Positions 49,610-62,702 of a DNA stretch of 64,000 nucleotides are shown here, piece by piece (within the stretch, counting starts at the first letter, position 1; every line of letters begins with the position of its first letter). A program made the translations under genes and the position numbers. The notes beneath the pieces were generated by a model that was not told the DNA's origin, made no database searches, and saw only the letters and a list, made by a program, of their open reading frames with translations. Location: positions 744,001 through 808,000 of the forward strand of contig MU053304.1 of assembly GCA_013239625.1 (NCBI GenBank), read 5' to 3'. The stretch comes from Lama guanicoe (taxonomy: Eukaryota).

Positions 49610-52426
49610 CTTTAAGGGGAGAAAAAAACAGTCACTTGCAGGTTCTATAATACTGTTACAACTCAATTATCAATCACCACCCTTGAGAACAGCCTGGCTG
49701 AGGAGGGTGAGCACTACCATCTTCACAGCTCTCCCGAGAGCCAGGATGCACGTTTTCAAATGACAGACATCTCCACTGGCAAGTCCCAGGGCAACAGCTG
49801 CAACTAAGGATTCCAAACAGAGTTCATCTTTCCCACACAAAACTCACTCCTGCTGAATTTCATTGCTTAATTAATGTCGTCCTGATCACTTGGGCTGGAA
49901 ACTTTGAAGTCATCACTGATTTCTCTCTCTTTTTACTCTGAAATGTTGAGTCTTGAAGCCACTGGAGAAGGGTTTATGGAACCCTTCTTCTCCATATGCA
50001 CAGCTACTGTCCTTATTCAGTAATGATTATCCATGACCACAAAATGTGGTCATCGTACATGCCACTACGCCAAATGCACAAAAGGGTCTTTTGCTTTCGA
50101 TGTTCACTCTTTAATCCAACCATCATATCCTTGCCAAGATTCTATAGCATGAAACCTTCCATAGAACCTACCTGGAAAGTCCTAACTCCCTACACAGGGC
50201 CCTTCAGGGGTCTCTGTATCATCTCTATATCATCTTCCTCTGCTCCTCCCTTCCTGCCACATGAAGTTCACACTGCACACACTCCACATGACTTGCCTCC
50301 ACACACACCATGCTGTGACATGCCCTGGCCTGGTTCCAGCACTCACCTTGCTGAGAACACTCGTCCCATGTATGTCTATCTGGAAAACTTAGCTCAGACG
50401 TATCTCAGAGGGAGCCTTTCCTGAACCCCAGACAGGCTACTCTGCTTCCTGTACACCATTCCACGTCTATGCCAGATTCAGTCTATTTTTTAATGTATAC
50501 TTATGTCTCCCCTATTATGAGCCCTTCAAGGACAGGACCCATGTGTTACTCACACGGATAACCCCAACATCAGGTCAGACAGGACATGGGAGGCGGCAGG
50601 TGCTTGATAAGTGAGCCCTCCCTGCTGAGCAGACTGTGCGCTACACTCCCCCACCGCAGGGGGCAGGGAGCATTTCCCGTAGCCCTTTTCCAGCACTGAG
50701 CTTTATTCCTACTGTCTATTTTTGTCAATCTTACAGGTGAGAGAAAGCATTCCATATTTGGTTTTATTTTTATTTCCCTGACTGCTAGCGAAACTGAACA
50801 CCTTTTCATGTTTTTAGGCCATCAAGACTTACTATTCTGTAAACTGTCCATTTATCCTTTTCTCCTGATGGCTTTTTTTCTGTTTGACTCTTAGTTATCA
50901 ATGTATAGGAGCTCCTCATATATTAGGGATATTAGACTTTTGCCATATGGATGCAAAAATTTTTCTCAAAAAGTCTTTTGACTTTGATTGTAGCATCTTT
51001 TTCCATATAAAAAATTTTAATATTCATATAATCAACAATGTGTATCTTTTATGGCTTCTCACGTTTATTCTTCAAGATAATGACTGTCTCATAAGGCTAA
51101 GTGTGTGTAACATTTATTTGTGCAGCAAACACATTTCTAGGCTCTAAAACATATCCAGGTCGATTTTCCAGCTCATTCTCAAAGCAAATGCATTGACAAG
51201 AGTTAATGACAAGATCTGAATTCTTTGGTCTATTCAGTTTTCAGAGCTGACACGTGGTTCCAACACTTGAAACCAACCTTTACTAACAGATGACAGAATA
51301 TACTTCCCACTGGCGTCAACTGCCTGACTTGGACAGAATGGAGAGCAGAGGTCATTCAGGCCTAAAAGTAGTTCAGAGCTCGCTGATTTTGACATGTCAA
51401 AGTCATGGCCGGCACTGTAACCACCACCAAAACTGCACTTGCTAAAGCAGCCCGGGCACTCAGCTGAGGTGGGCAGGGAAATGTGAAAGAAATGACCAGA
51501 ATGGGAACTCCTGGAACTGACTCGGGGAAACCACAGACTTCACTCTGACCCAGTAGTACTCAGTCCCGTCCTGCCGAGACAGCCCTGCACCTGATCTGGC
51601 TAAAGAAGGCAGACCTTTGTGGATGTTTTGGCTTCAGGGGCAAAGCGATGCCATTTGCAGAAAGTGAGAGAGAGAGCAATCATATTGTTTATTAGTTTTA
51701 TTAGTTTATCCAGACCTTGACTTTACTTAAAAAGGGCTTGCAGCCCATCGGCTGGAAAATCACACCAGTGTCAGGGAGGACATGAGTGAGAGCAGAAGCT
51801 AGCATGACCATTCTGCAGACAATCTGGCAGGACTCGGACCCAGACAAACGGGGTGAGCCCGCAGGGACGAGTGTGCCCCAGGGAAGCTGAGGCACAGGCC
51901 CGCGTGGGGCAAGTGCGTGGCAGCCAAGAGTGGGAGGCAAGAAAGGGGACACCCTGAATAAAATGAGAGGGCTGCAAACACGGGGCTCTTGTGCAATAGT
52001 GAGAGTTAAAGAACTATATGTATATAAAGCAACACAGACAGGTCCTAGAAACACAGTGAAAATACTAAGAATGAGATTTCGAGGGCAATACTATTTATAC
52101 AAATTCAATACACTCACAGTATTAATACTTTTTTGAGCTACATATATGTCCACAGACATACATTAAACCCAACAGAGGCATCAGCGTGGGGGCAGGGGAA
52201 GCAGGGGGAGACAAGGAGGGAAAAACAAAGCCCGAGAGGAAGCGGCACGGGCCGGCCGTGGCCGTGTGCTCAGAAACCAGGCGCTGGGAACAGCCTCCTG
52301 CTCTGAGCTCCACAATGTAAAAATTATAAAAGTTCAGGCAGCTTATGCAAGTCTCTGGAGGAAGGCGAGTGCTGCAAGGACCCCAGCCAGCCCTCCCCCG
52401 AGCCCGGGGCCAGCAGCGCTGAGTAC

Positions 52427-52503
52427 CTCGTGGTTTTCATGGCCCAGCAGATCCGAAAGAACTTTCAGCACGAGGCCCGCCACCTTGGCACACATGTTCT
52501 TCC
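52427..52503 (-). CDS. ARMC9: ARMC9 internal coding exon, 77 nt ([25 protein letters not shown])
   Basis: Acceptor aag|GG after a T-rich tract and donor GAG|gtactc; phase 1 to phase 0; within ORF 52343..52528. Confidence 0.96.
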
Positions 52504-53682
52504 CTTTAAGAAAAAAACAACAAAACAAAACAGGATGTGTCTAAACTCAGTGGCACAGTTTCAACTCAGAGACGTGAATACAAATCTTGGCTCCTCTGCT
52601 TATGAGCTGTGGGACCTTGGGGGAGTCACTGAACCAGTCTGGGCCCCGGTTTCTTCCTCTGAGGTCCCTTAGGGATTCTGAATGTCCACGTCAAAGGGCG
52701 ATGCAGAACTGAGTAACTCAGTACAGGCTGACACACTCCAAGTGCTCAGTAAGTGCTGGCGGTTACTATCACTCAGGCCGAGCACAGAGAAGCATGATAC
52801 ACAATAGAGCCCGTTCTACCTCCTGAGACACAAACCGTCCCATAAAAATCCTACAGGTATTTCAGTAATTCCAAACATCATTATAACAATCACTGCAAAT
52901 AAACTAAGGATAATTTTTAAAAAACTGATTACAATCTGGTGAGTGTTTTAAAGCTTGGATATTTGCACAGGCTATTTTTTAAAAGAGGAGACTGAAACAA
53001 GTCATTCACTCAGTCAACAACACACAGTTAAGTGGTTCAGATTATAGAGCGCCTGAAGGTGAAGAAGCTTCTGGGAAACACCCCCGAGCTATCTATCCAG
53101 GGAACCTTCTTTTCCCAACATGGGGGCAGCTGAGACTAGGAAAATCATAGGCTGGACGTGACACCTCTTCTAATGAAGCTTCTTCCATCCCAAGTAACAG
53201 GTCATTAAAGTGGGATGGAATCTGTAGAAAAGCTAAAATCACTGTCTTTACTGATCAAGAACGTAAATGACCTGAGGTGTCACATGAGGGTCCCCATCTT
53301 CAGGGGCTGGAATGGGGAAGACTGGTTAAGAGCAGGGGGCCTTGTTCAATGTCCTTGCTCTGCCTCTAGCTTAGTCCTGTAGAATCTTGGGAACGTAATT
53401 CTCTGTCTTCAGATAAAATGAATCATAATTCTTAAATTCCTACCTTTGAATAATACCATGAAGATAAAGAAAAACATAAACTAATTCAATTTCCTCTTAA
53501 TGTAGGTACTGAATAAATATAAAATATTCTTTCCAAGGCCAGAATGGCATTTTGGCTTTATACTGAGTTGGACATGCTTCACACTCTTTTCTGTTTTGAG
53601 TTTTCTATAAGAGAAGCTAAAGGCAAACCACATCAGGCTCGTGGGTGATCCAGAGCCGGGGGCGGGGCCGGAGGCTGGAGAC

Positions 53683-53822
53683 CTGCGCTCCGGAGGCAGA
53701 GGTTCATGAGCAGAGCAACCGAGTACTCCAGCGTGTAGTCAGACAGGCAGTCAGGCTCCTTCAGGATGTCAATCAGCCAGAAGATGAGGCCGTCTTGAAT
53801 CATCGCTGTCTGCAGCGCACGC
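53683..53822 (-). CDS. ARMC9: ARMC9 internal coding exon, 140 nt ([47 protein letters not shown])
   Basis: Acceptor tag|G and donor CAG|gtctcc; phase 2 to phase 1; within ORF 53633..53914. Confidence 0.96.
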
Positions 53823-54015
53823 CTAGGATGAAACAGCCTACAGGTAATTAAAGCTGACAAGAATCCATTTATGTAAGAGTACATGGTAACGTGAGTGCAT
53901 AACAGAAAAGACACTTCACAAAAGCTACAGACTCTGAGGAATACAGACTCTACACAACTGAAACAGCAACAATGAACTCTTTACTTTTCCAGGATATTAT
54001 TAAGGGTTTAAAAAA

Positions 54016-54761
54016 ATAAGGCAGTAGGGAGACTTCCTATTTTGAATGTTTCCTTTTCAATATTTAGAATTAGCAGAGTATTACTTCAAATATTTAATAT
54101 ATTTATTGATAGCTTTTGGTCTCCTTAACCCAGGAAACAGAGTCATAGAAATAGTTCATTAACAAACAGTATTTTATCTTAAGTCTAATCTATATAGGCA
54201 CCTTGAGCTATGTAAAAATGAAGAAATATGAAAAAGAAGAGCATGAAGTCGGCTAAATACCATTTTGATTCAGATCTCGATAGACAGGGTAGTTTAATAA
54301 CCTGGGTAATACAATCTACATGGGATTATTTTTCCACCCAAAGTCCAGGTGTAAAATCTTACAAAATCCAATGCCTCATCATAATGTGATAAGGCAGTAG
54401 GGAGACTTCCTATTTTGAATGTTTCCTTTTCAATATTTAGAATTAGCAGAGTATTACTTCAAATATTTAATATATTTATTGATAGCTTTTGGTCTCCTTA
54501 ACCCAGGAAACAGAGTCATAGAAATAGTTCATTAACAAACAGTATTTTATCTTAAGTCTAATCTATATAGGCACCTTGAGCTATGTAAAAATGAAGAAAT
54601 ATGAAAAAGAAGAGCATGAAGTCGGCTAAATACCATTTTGATTCAGATCTCGATAGACAGGGTAGTTTAATAACCTGGGTAATACAATCTACATGGGATT
54701 ATTTTTCCACCCAAAGTCCAGGTGTAAAATCTTACAAAATCCAATGCCTCATCATAATGTG
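54016..54761. repeat. Exact 373-bp tandem duplication (54016-54388 and 54389-54761)
   Basis: No differences found when the two copies were compared by eye. Confidence 0.97.
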
Positions 54762-55265
54762 TTATGGTGAATGTCATCATGTCAGCCTTAAGAACTGATG
54801 AGACAAAGCATTGTATCAGCATGAGAAACCATCTGAATTCTTTGAAAATTCAAGCACCACAGTGGAACCACTATTGTGCATCTCTTGCTTAACAGGTGAT
54901 GGTAAAACTTCCACCTGGGGCAGTATCTGTTCATGCTCTTCCTAAACACTACATCCACCCACTCAGAGCAATTTATCAGAATACAATGAAGATTGTGCTC
55001 GTCCAGTAAGACTAGCTACTTTCTACATTCATCATAGAGGCCCTGGAAGACTGCAAAAACATTAGGCACATTTCCAGAACAGAAAACCTTAAATTACCAT
55101 TAGAAAAAAAAGAAAAAATTGGCAGTAAATACCTGCATTACTAGGCAGAAATATTTCTTCATCATATCTTATGTTACTTAACTACAGTTATTGTATTTCT
55201 AAAATTTTTCCAAGTACAGTCAACATCAAGCTAAATTCTTTATAAATAGAAATAAGAAGGAAGTA

Positions 55266-55399
55266 GGGGGGAGAGCATAGCTCAGTGGTAGATGCACAAG
55301 GTCCTAGGTTCAATCCCCAGCACCTCCATTAAATAAATAAACAAACAAACAAACCTAATCACCTCTCCCCACAAAAAATAAAATCAAAATTAAAAAAAA
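55266..55399 (+). mobile_element. vic-1-type SINE with a deletion in the anticodon-arm region
   Basis: A and B boxes present; flanking repeat AAGAAGGA. Confidence 0.8.
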
Positions 55400-55729
55400 A
55401 AGAAGGAGGTGATAATTCTGGATATTATCTGGATATCTGGATTTTCAATTCATATAGTTAGAACAAGACATTTTCATCAGTAGGGACCTGGCACATAGTA
55501 GGAACTACATTCCTACAGCTTTCCCCTACTAAACAAAAACACTTAGAATATGTCTCTTTTCAGGCTTTAGGTTATTAGTGAGAGTCAGTCAAATGTTAAC
55601 CACACCTGATGGGAAGAAAGTGTGTTCACAGGAGGACTGACAGAAAAAGTCAAGAACTCATGGCACTAAAATTCTTAATAGTCAAAAAGAAAGTGAGGTG
55701 GTTATGATGGAATACAGATGCTGGAAGAA

Positions 55730-56205
55730 TTAGCATATAACCCAGCAATTCCACTCCTAGATACCTGCCCAGCAGAGAAGAAAACATATGTCCACACAAA
55801 GACTCGTATATAAATGTTCATAGCAGCTTCCACACAATGGCCACAAAGTGCAAACAACTGAGATGTCTATCAACTGATGAAGTGATAATGAAATGTGGTC
55901 TAAACATATAATGGAATGTTACTCGGCCACACAAAGGACAAAGTACTGATACATGCTACGTGTGTGAACCACAGAAACATTACACCAAGACAAAGAAGCC
56001 AGTCACAAAAGAACACAGCAGTACAGGTAATTCTACAGGAAATTGACAGTACAGGTAAATCCACCCAGAGCAAGGGGTAAGGATAAAAAGCGACTGTAAG
56101 TAGATATGAAGTTCCTTTAAGTGGTGATGGAAATGTTCTAAAATTAGATGTGGTGATAGTTGTACAGCTCTGTAAACATAGAAAAATCACTGACGTAAAG
56201 CTCTG
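55730..56205 (+). mobile_element. L1MB-like 3' end
   Basis: cccagcaattccactcctag...aaaacatatgtccacacaaa...ggtgatggaaatgttctaaaattaga. Confidence 0.8.
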
Positions 56206-56798
56206 GGAGGACATCAGATCTGGTTTGAGAAGAGGTGTCTGATTTTTAGATGTCTGAGGTGGAACAGTTCCAAGTCATGACTGGGTCCAGACTGAGACTA
56301 CAGGGCAGGTGGCTGAGATATATGGTCGAGGATCCAGGAGGCTCCACCCGGACCTCCACAGAACCACCTACCCCACCGGCCATGCCTGCGCGTCTATGAG
56401 CACGTCTCCCTCAAGAGCTGTGAACAACTTGCAGGCTGAGGCTCTAATGGGTTTTATTCATGTGCTTATCTCTAAAACTGGCACATGACTTGAGACACAA
56501 TCTGGTGTCTAGCACCTGGTCAGCCCGAGATAATGTTCTTAGGAGAATACAATGGTGCTTTAAGAATGTCCACCTCCACCTGCAGCAGCCAAGAGCAAGA
56601 TTTTGTGGATTTTTTGTTTTGTGGATTAGAGATACGCTTTCTGGCTCCATTTTGGAAAGTCACCCAACCTCTTCTAAGTATTCACTGAAAAATATCATCT
56701 GCCTGTTGGATTGTCACAGGGACCAAATAAGTGCAAAATAGTGGCTTGAAAACTCCACTCTGGTTTCACAGGAGCCACCATAACCTGCTGCACGGTCA

Positions 56799-56972
<174 letters not shown>

Positions 56973-58015
56973 TTAAGTTCATGCTCCAAAACCCCTGTAT
57001 ACAAAAATTTTGCATGTAACACATGTAGAGTTTGGGTAATTTAATGTTCTAAAAAATTATTAAAGGGTATTTCATCTGCAAGTTGGTTTTATTGACTCAC
57101 CTATCTAATGAAGAGAAAATCACTTTTCTTGTCACCTAAACATGAGTCCTCACTGAGTTCTTGTGGGGAGTGATGTCTTTTAGTTACCTGAAATCTTGAA
57201 CCCAAAAGCCAGATCACGAGGGAAAGGAGGGTGAGGAATCTGTGTGTCATGAGCCCCTTAGTCTTAACACAGAGGCAGCCAAGCAGTGCTTTCTGGACAC
57301 ACCCATGGCCTGGAGAAGAAGGAGGAAACATACCTGGAACCCTATTATAAGCCTTGAATTGTCACAAGACTGTTGTGGACTTGTATCTCGATACATTTAT
57401 TTCAGACGGAACTGTCAACATTATTATATAAATGGTCCTTGGCACATACCCTGGCTTATCATAAATGTTTGTTACATGGATGGAAGAACAAAGGAATGAA
57501 TGAAAAAACTTTTGGAGTATCACACAGTTGCAATTTGAGAACTCCCTTTATTCATGTTAAAAAGAGTTCAAACAAATTAGAATTTATGGATGATAATGGC
57601 ATTTTGTAAAATCACTTTGAATTCAGTTATGGTGGCACGTTATTTTTGAAATTTTCAAATCCTCTTGATTTAAAAGGTTTAGTCTTTTGAAGGAAATGGT
57701 ACAGTGCTTATTGGGATCAGCTTTAATTATTTCACCAACCTTATTTTGCCTTAAGAGGAAAATGACAGAAAATGCATTACCCATTATCTTGAAAGCAGTC
57801 TAAAAAGTACTATGTTACAAAACCAACAAGCTCACAAAATAAAATAAAACCAGAGGCTTGCAAAATAAACTCCAAAGCCATCAAAATTTGCTCTGACATA
57901 AATCCAGAGATATGACAATAACTAATTTTTCACAAAAGACTTTAGATGCATTAAACAATAACAAACTGAGGAAACACGTCATCTCTAAGAAACTTAGGGA
58001 AGAATGTCCATTTTC

Positions 58016-58342
<327 letters not shown>

Positions 58343-58609
58343 TCAAAAGAGGAAAAATAATGAGGTTAAAGAAAAGTGAGAGAGAAGCCTATGTGCCCCC
58401 CGCGGACCTGCCGTTCTCTTCCTCTGTGTGTGTTTATTAGAGGGGAAATAAACAGACTAAAGCCAAACATTTCATCTGGAAGTCTTGATTTCCAATGGGT
58501 TTTTTTCTGAGGGCTGGCAAAGTTATTCAGTCTTCCAAATTAGGAGAAATAATCATACAAAGCACTTAGGACAGTGACTGACACAAGGAAGCAATACTGT
58601 TGGCTGTTA

Positions 58610-60250
58610 CGGACAGTTCCTGATGCTTTTCCAGGTCAGAATGATTGAGCCAAGACGCCCATCTAATTCTGCTCCCTCCAAACCACAGTAAAACTACAGT
58701 AAGTGATGCTTAAGGGAGACATACATTCTCAAGGACAGAGAGGACAGCCCAGGAAACTATAACTACACAATTCTGCAATCAGGAATGCAGGACAGTAACA
58801 TACTGAGCAGACCCAAGCATGCCAAATGGGAAATGGGAAATTACCCAGTGTACATCGCTTAATCCTCAAAAGGCTCAAGGACTAGAGAAAAATCAAGAAG
58901 AATGAGTGAAAGCTGTTAAAGCAGCAGTCTGATGTCACTCATGCCACTCCTCCTGTGTCCCTCCCACCACACACTGGGAGCGCTCGCCTTTGAGGGCAAC
59001 ACGAAGGGTGTCTGGATGTGGGGCACGAGGCACAGATGAGCAGGGCTTCTACACCAAAACTGAGAGTGGGTGGTGCCTAAAAACACAATGAATGCTAAAC
59101 AGAGAGCCACCCCCAGGACTTCTCCCCGTACCTGGATTCTGGAACTCTGGCAACCAGACCCTTACCCTCTAGGCAGGAGATCAGAAGATGCTTCTTGGAG
59201 GAAAATAACCAGCCTGAGGGAAAAGAACCAGAGCTCCTGAAATCGGAGGTTCCCAAAAGATGGCCTACCAGGATCACCCTCCATGGAGCTCTACGCCTAC
59301 AGAACCTATCTTCACAGTCCGAACTTCCAATCAGCTTCAGTCCCCCCACATTAGGAGATGACCAAGGTCTACCAGGAACTCAACGGAAGTTTCCAATATG
59401 GAAAATAAGGCCAAAACAAATGGGGCAGGGCAGAGAAGCAACTTGGAGGAAATGAGACTGTGCAGGGAGAAGAAAACTAAAAATAAACATTTGTCACTAG
59501 TATCCTCAGAGGTGTAAGAAGCGATATCGTACCCATGACACAGCAGGATGCGATTTAAAAAGGAGACGGAAAACTGAACAGAAGGGTTGGAAAATAAAGA
59601 TGAGGAAATGTCCCAGAAAGTGGAACAAAGAGAAAAACACGGAAAACATGGAAAACATGAGGGAAAAGTAAGAAACTTAAAGAGCCAACTTAGGAGGGCC
59701 AACATTCATGAAGAGAAAACCGAGAGAGGAAAATCATGAACAGAATAACTCAAGAAAAGTTCCCAGAACTAAAGCTGTCAGATTTAATGGGCTCACAGAG
59801 CATTCAGAACAATGAATCAAATACACCTCATGAAAGACATCAGTGGGAGACTCATTAACACTGGTGAAAAGAGAAGATTCAACATCTTTCTGGAGAGAGA
59901 AAAAAAAACAGGTCACATACAAAAGGTCAGGAATTAGAGAGGCTTAGGACTTTTCAACAGCAACACTGGAACCTAAAAGACAATGAAGCAATATCTTCAA
60001 AAGTCTGAAGGAAAATTACTTATAACCCAGAGTTCTATACAAATAATAAAGATATTTTCAGACATACACAGTCTTGAAAAATATACTCCCCATCCATTCT
60101 TTCTCCAGAAGCTATTAACTAAAGAATGTGCTCCACCAAAAAGACAACAGAGAATACTAGAAAGAGCCAATTCAGGAGAGGGGTGATAGGAATCTACAGC
60201 CATTTGGTGATGAGAGATTTCTGGAAGGCAGCTGTGCACCAGATGCAGAG
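58610..60250 (+). mobile_element. Old L1/HAL1-like 5' UTR and ORF1 remnant
   Basis: caggtcacatacaaaaggtcaggaattaga...ttttcaacagcaacactggaa...gaagcaatatcttcaaa resembles ORF1 C-terminal text. Confidence 0.6.
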
Positions 60251-60349
60251 AGCCACAGTGCAGACTGAACCGAGCTGCCTCAAGAGAGGGACGCACTGAA
60301 GGTGCCTGCGCTGATGGTGCAGGGTGCCTACTGCCACTGCACCATCTTT

Positions 60350-60945
60350 ATTTAGGAAAAATTTTTATTGAAATATAACATCCATACAGAAAACCACACA
60401 GATCATATGTGTACAGATTGATGAGTCTTCACCAAGGGGACATGTGAGTAACCCACAACCAGGTCAAGAAACAGAACTTGACCAGACAGCCAGATGCCCC
60501 TCTGGGGTCCCTTTCAAAGCAAGGACAACATCTCTCCTAGCTTCTAACATCATACGTTAGTTCTGGTTTTGAAATTTTTAACAAATAAAATCATGCAGTT
60601 GGTATTCTTTCACGTCTGACTTTTTCATTCAGTATTACGTTTGCGTGACTCATCCATGTTGTGTGTCTCTTCCCATAGCTTGGTATGTCCCACTTTACAG
60701 ATATATCACAGCTAATTTATCCATTCAGTTCTTGATAGACACTTGAGTTATAGCCAATGTTTTGGTTCTTATAAGCAGTGCTGCTGTGAATATTACTGCA
60801 CATCTTTTAGTGAACATATGGACACATTTCTATTGGGGTCATACTTAGGAGTGGTTCTGCTAGAACATAAACTATGCAGTTTTAACAAACACTGCCAGGG
60901 TTCCAAAGCAGTGCACCGAGTAACATATATTCAAACAGAGTACAA
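60350..60945 (-). mobile_element. Old L1 3' UTR
   Basis: tttttattgaaatataacatccatacagaaaa...tgctgctgtgaatatt...ttctattgggg. Confidence 0.7.
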
Positions 60946-61490
60946 AATACCTGTAAGGTGAGCTCAGACTCACCTGTACTTGGATACCCTTGCCCATGTG
61001 CTGATGGAGTTCCAGCTCCCCCTTCCACATCCTGATGTGTGCATCAGCTGTGGACAGTCTTTCCACCCCACAGAAGTGTTCTCATGTGATCAACTCCTGA
61101 GAACTAGAAGTAGACCAGGCGAGCTTAAAAACCAAAATGACAGAGCAGCTCACCATTCCTCTTGGCCATAAATATTGCTGCCGGATAAACAGTACCTGGT
61201 CAACCTTTCAGCCCTGCCAGACGTCCTGCACTTTCCAGGACACTCTCCTGACCTTGACTACCAATGTCCCCAAAGGGGACCAGTAAGAGCCCAGGGAAGT
61301 TATGCCTGATTATAATCCAGCGATTTTGTTCATGTCATCTTTCCCCGAATGCCTTCACCTAATGTGGGAACAGTACCCTTTTCCTGCAGAGCAAGGTTTG
61401 TACTTGCTACTCAGCAAACCCCAAATCAAACACTATATTATTCAGGGTACATATACAAATGGGGACCCTATAAAGAAAAGCACGGAGTCA

Positions 61491-61612
61491 GGGAGGGTAT
61501 AGCTCAGTGGTAGAGCGCGTGCTTAGCATGCACAAGGTCCTGGGTTCAATCCCCAGCACCACCATTAAAAATAAATATATAAATACATAAACCTAATTAC
61601 CCCCCCCAAAAG
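61491..61612 (+). mobile_element. vic-1-type SINE with a well-preserved tRNA-Ala(AGC)-like head
   Basis: TAGCTCAGTGGTAGAGCGCGTGCTTAGCATGCAC...GGTTCAATCCCC, SINE tail and approximate TSD AAAGAAA(A/T)GCA. Confidence 0.85.
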
Positions 61613-61639
61613 AAATGCATGTAACAAATGAAGACAAAA

Positions 61640-62098
61640 GTCAAGATGCTATACCCATGTTCGATGCAGCATTATTCACAACAGCCAAAAGATAAAGGCA
61701 ACTCAAGTGTCCATTGATGGATGAATGGATAAACAAAATGGGGGGTTGTATTATGAAATATTATTCATCCTTAAAAAGGAAGAAAATTCTGACACATGCC
61801 ACAACATAGATGAGCTCTGAGGACATGATGTTAAGTGAAATAAGCCCAGTTATCTAGGTATCTAGGGTGGTCAAATTCAGAGAAACAGAAAGGATGGTGG
61901 CTGCCAGGGGCTAGGGGAAGGGGAATGAGGAGTTTTTGCTTAACGAGTACAGAGTTTCAGTTTTGTGAGATAAAAAGACTTCTGGAGATCATGGTGCACA
62001 GAAACATGCGTAGACCCAGCATGACTGAACTGTACATTAAACATGGTTAAGATGGTAAATTTCATATTATGTTTATCTTGCCACAATGTTTTAAAAAG
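61640..62098 (+). mobile_element. L1MB-like 3' end
   Basis: gcagcattattcacaacagccaaaa...gtgtccattgatggatgaatggataaacaaaatg...aaacatggttaagatggtaaatt. Confidence 0.82.
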
Positions 62099-62539
62099 TT
62101 CGGATGGTGTGTAACTTTTGATGGAAGGACAGGGGTGCAATCTAGTAGCCTCCAAGTTACTGGAGTTTCTATCTCTTAATCTGAGTGGTGGAAACATTGG
62201 TATTTTTAAATTTATTATTATTCTTTGAACTGTTCACACATGTACACTCATCTGTGTGAATGATATATTTCACAACTGAAAACATGATTCTGAAAAATAA
62301 GACAAAATTCCTTTGATTTAAGGAACCGTTCTTTTCATAAATGCATATATCATGCTAGATAGGTAAAACTGTCAAATGTGGAAAATTTGACATCATAGCA
62401 CCTCCAGCAACATGAAACATAGTGGAATGACTTCAAAATCAGCTAAAAATGAAAAACTCAGTTATTTGCAATTTGATTAGATTTGATTCGTTTCAAGGTT
62501 TTTTGTTTTGGGTTTTTTTTTTTTTTTTTTTTTTTACAT

Positions 62540-62702
62540 GGTCTGGGACCAGTAGCATCAGCATCACCTGAAAGCATGTCAGAAATGCAAATCCACAGGC
62601 CCCATCCCAGACCTGCTGACTGGAAACTGCAGGTGGGGCCTGGTAATCTGTTTCGCCAGCTCTCCAGGTGGTAATATCGAACACTAAACTCTGAGAACCA
62701 CT
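62540..62702 (+). mobile_element. MER5A hAT DNA transposon
   Basis: ggaccagtagcatcagcatcacctg...agaaatgcaaat...ggccccatcccagacctgctga...tgagaaccact. Confidence 0.8.

Noticed and set aside
60950..61460. Possible additional LTR element
   Set aside because: It appears to interrupt L1 sequence, but I could not fix termini, TSD or family by eye; a Dfam search is needed.
61493..61564. Possible tRNA-Ala(AGC) gene
   Set aside because: The D, anticodon and T arms are tRNA-like, but the acceptor stem GAGGGTA/CACCACC has three mismatches. It carries the SINE tail and TSD, and about ten sibling copies occur in the window.
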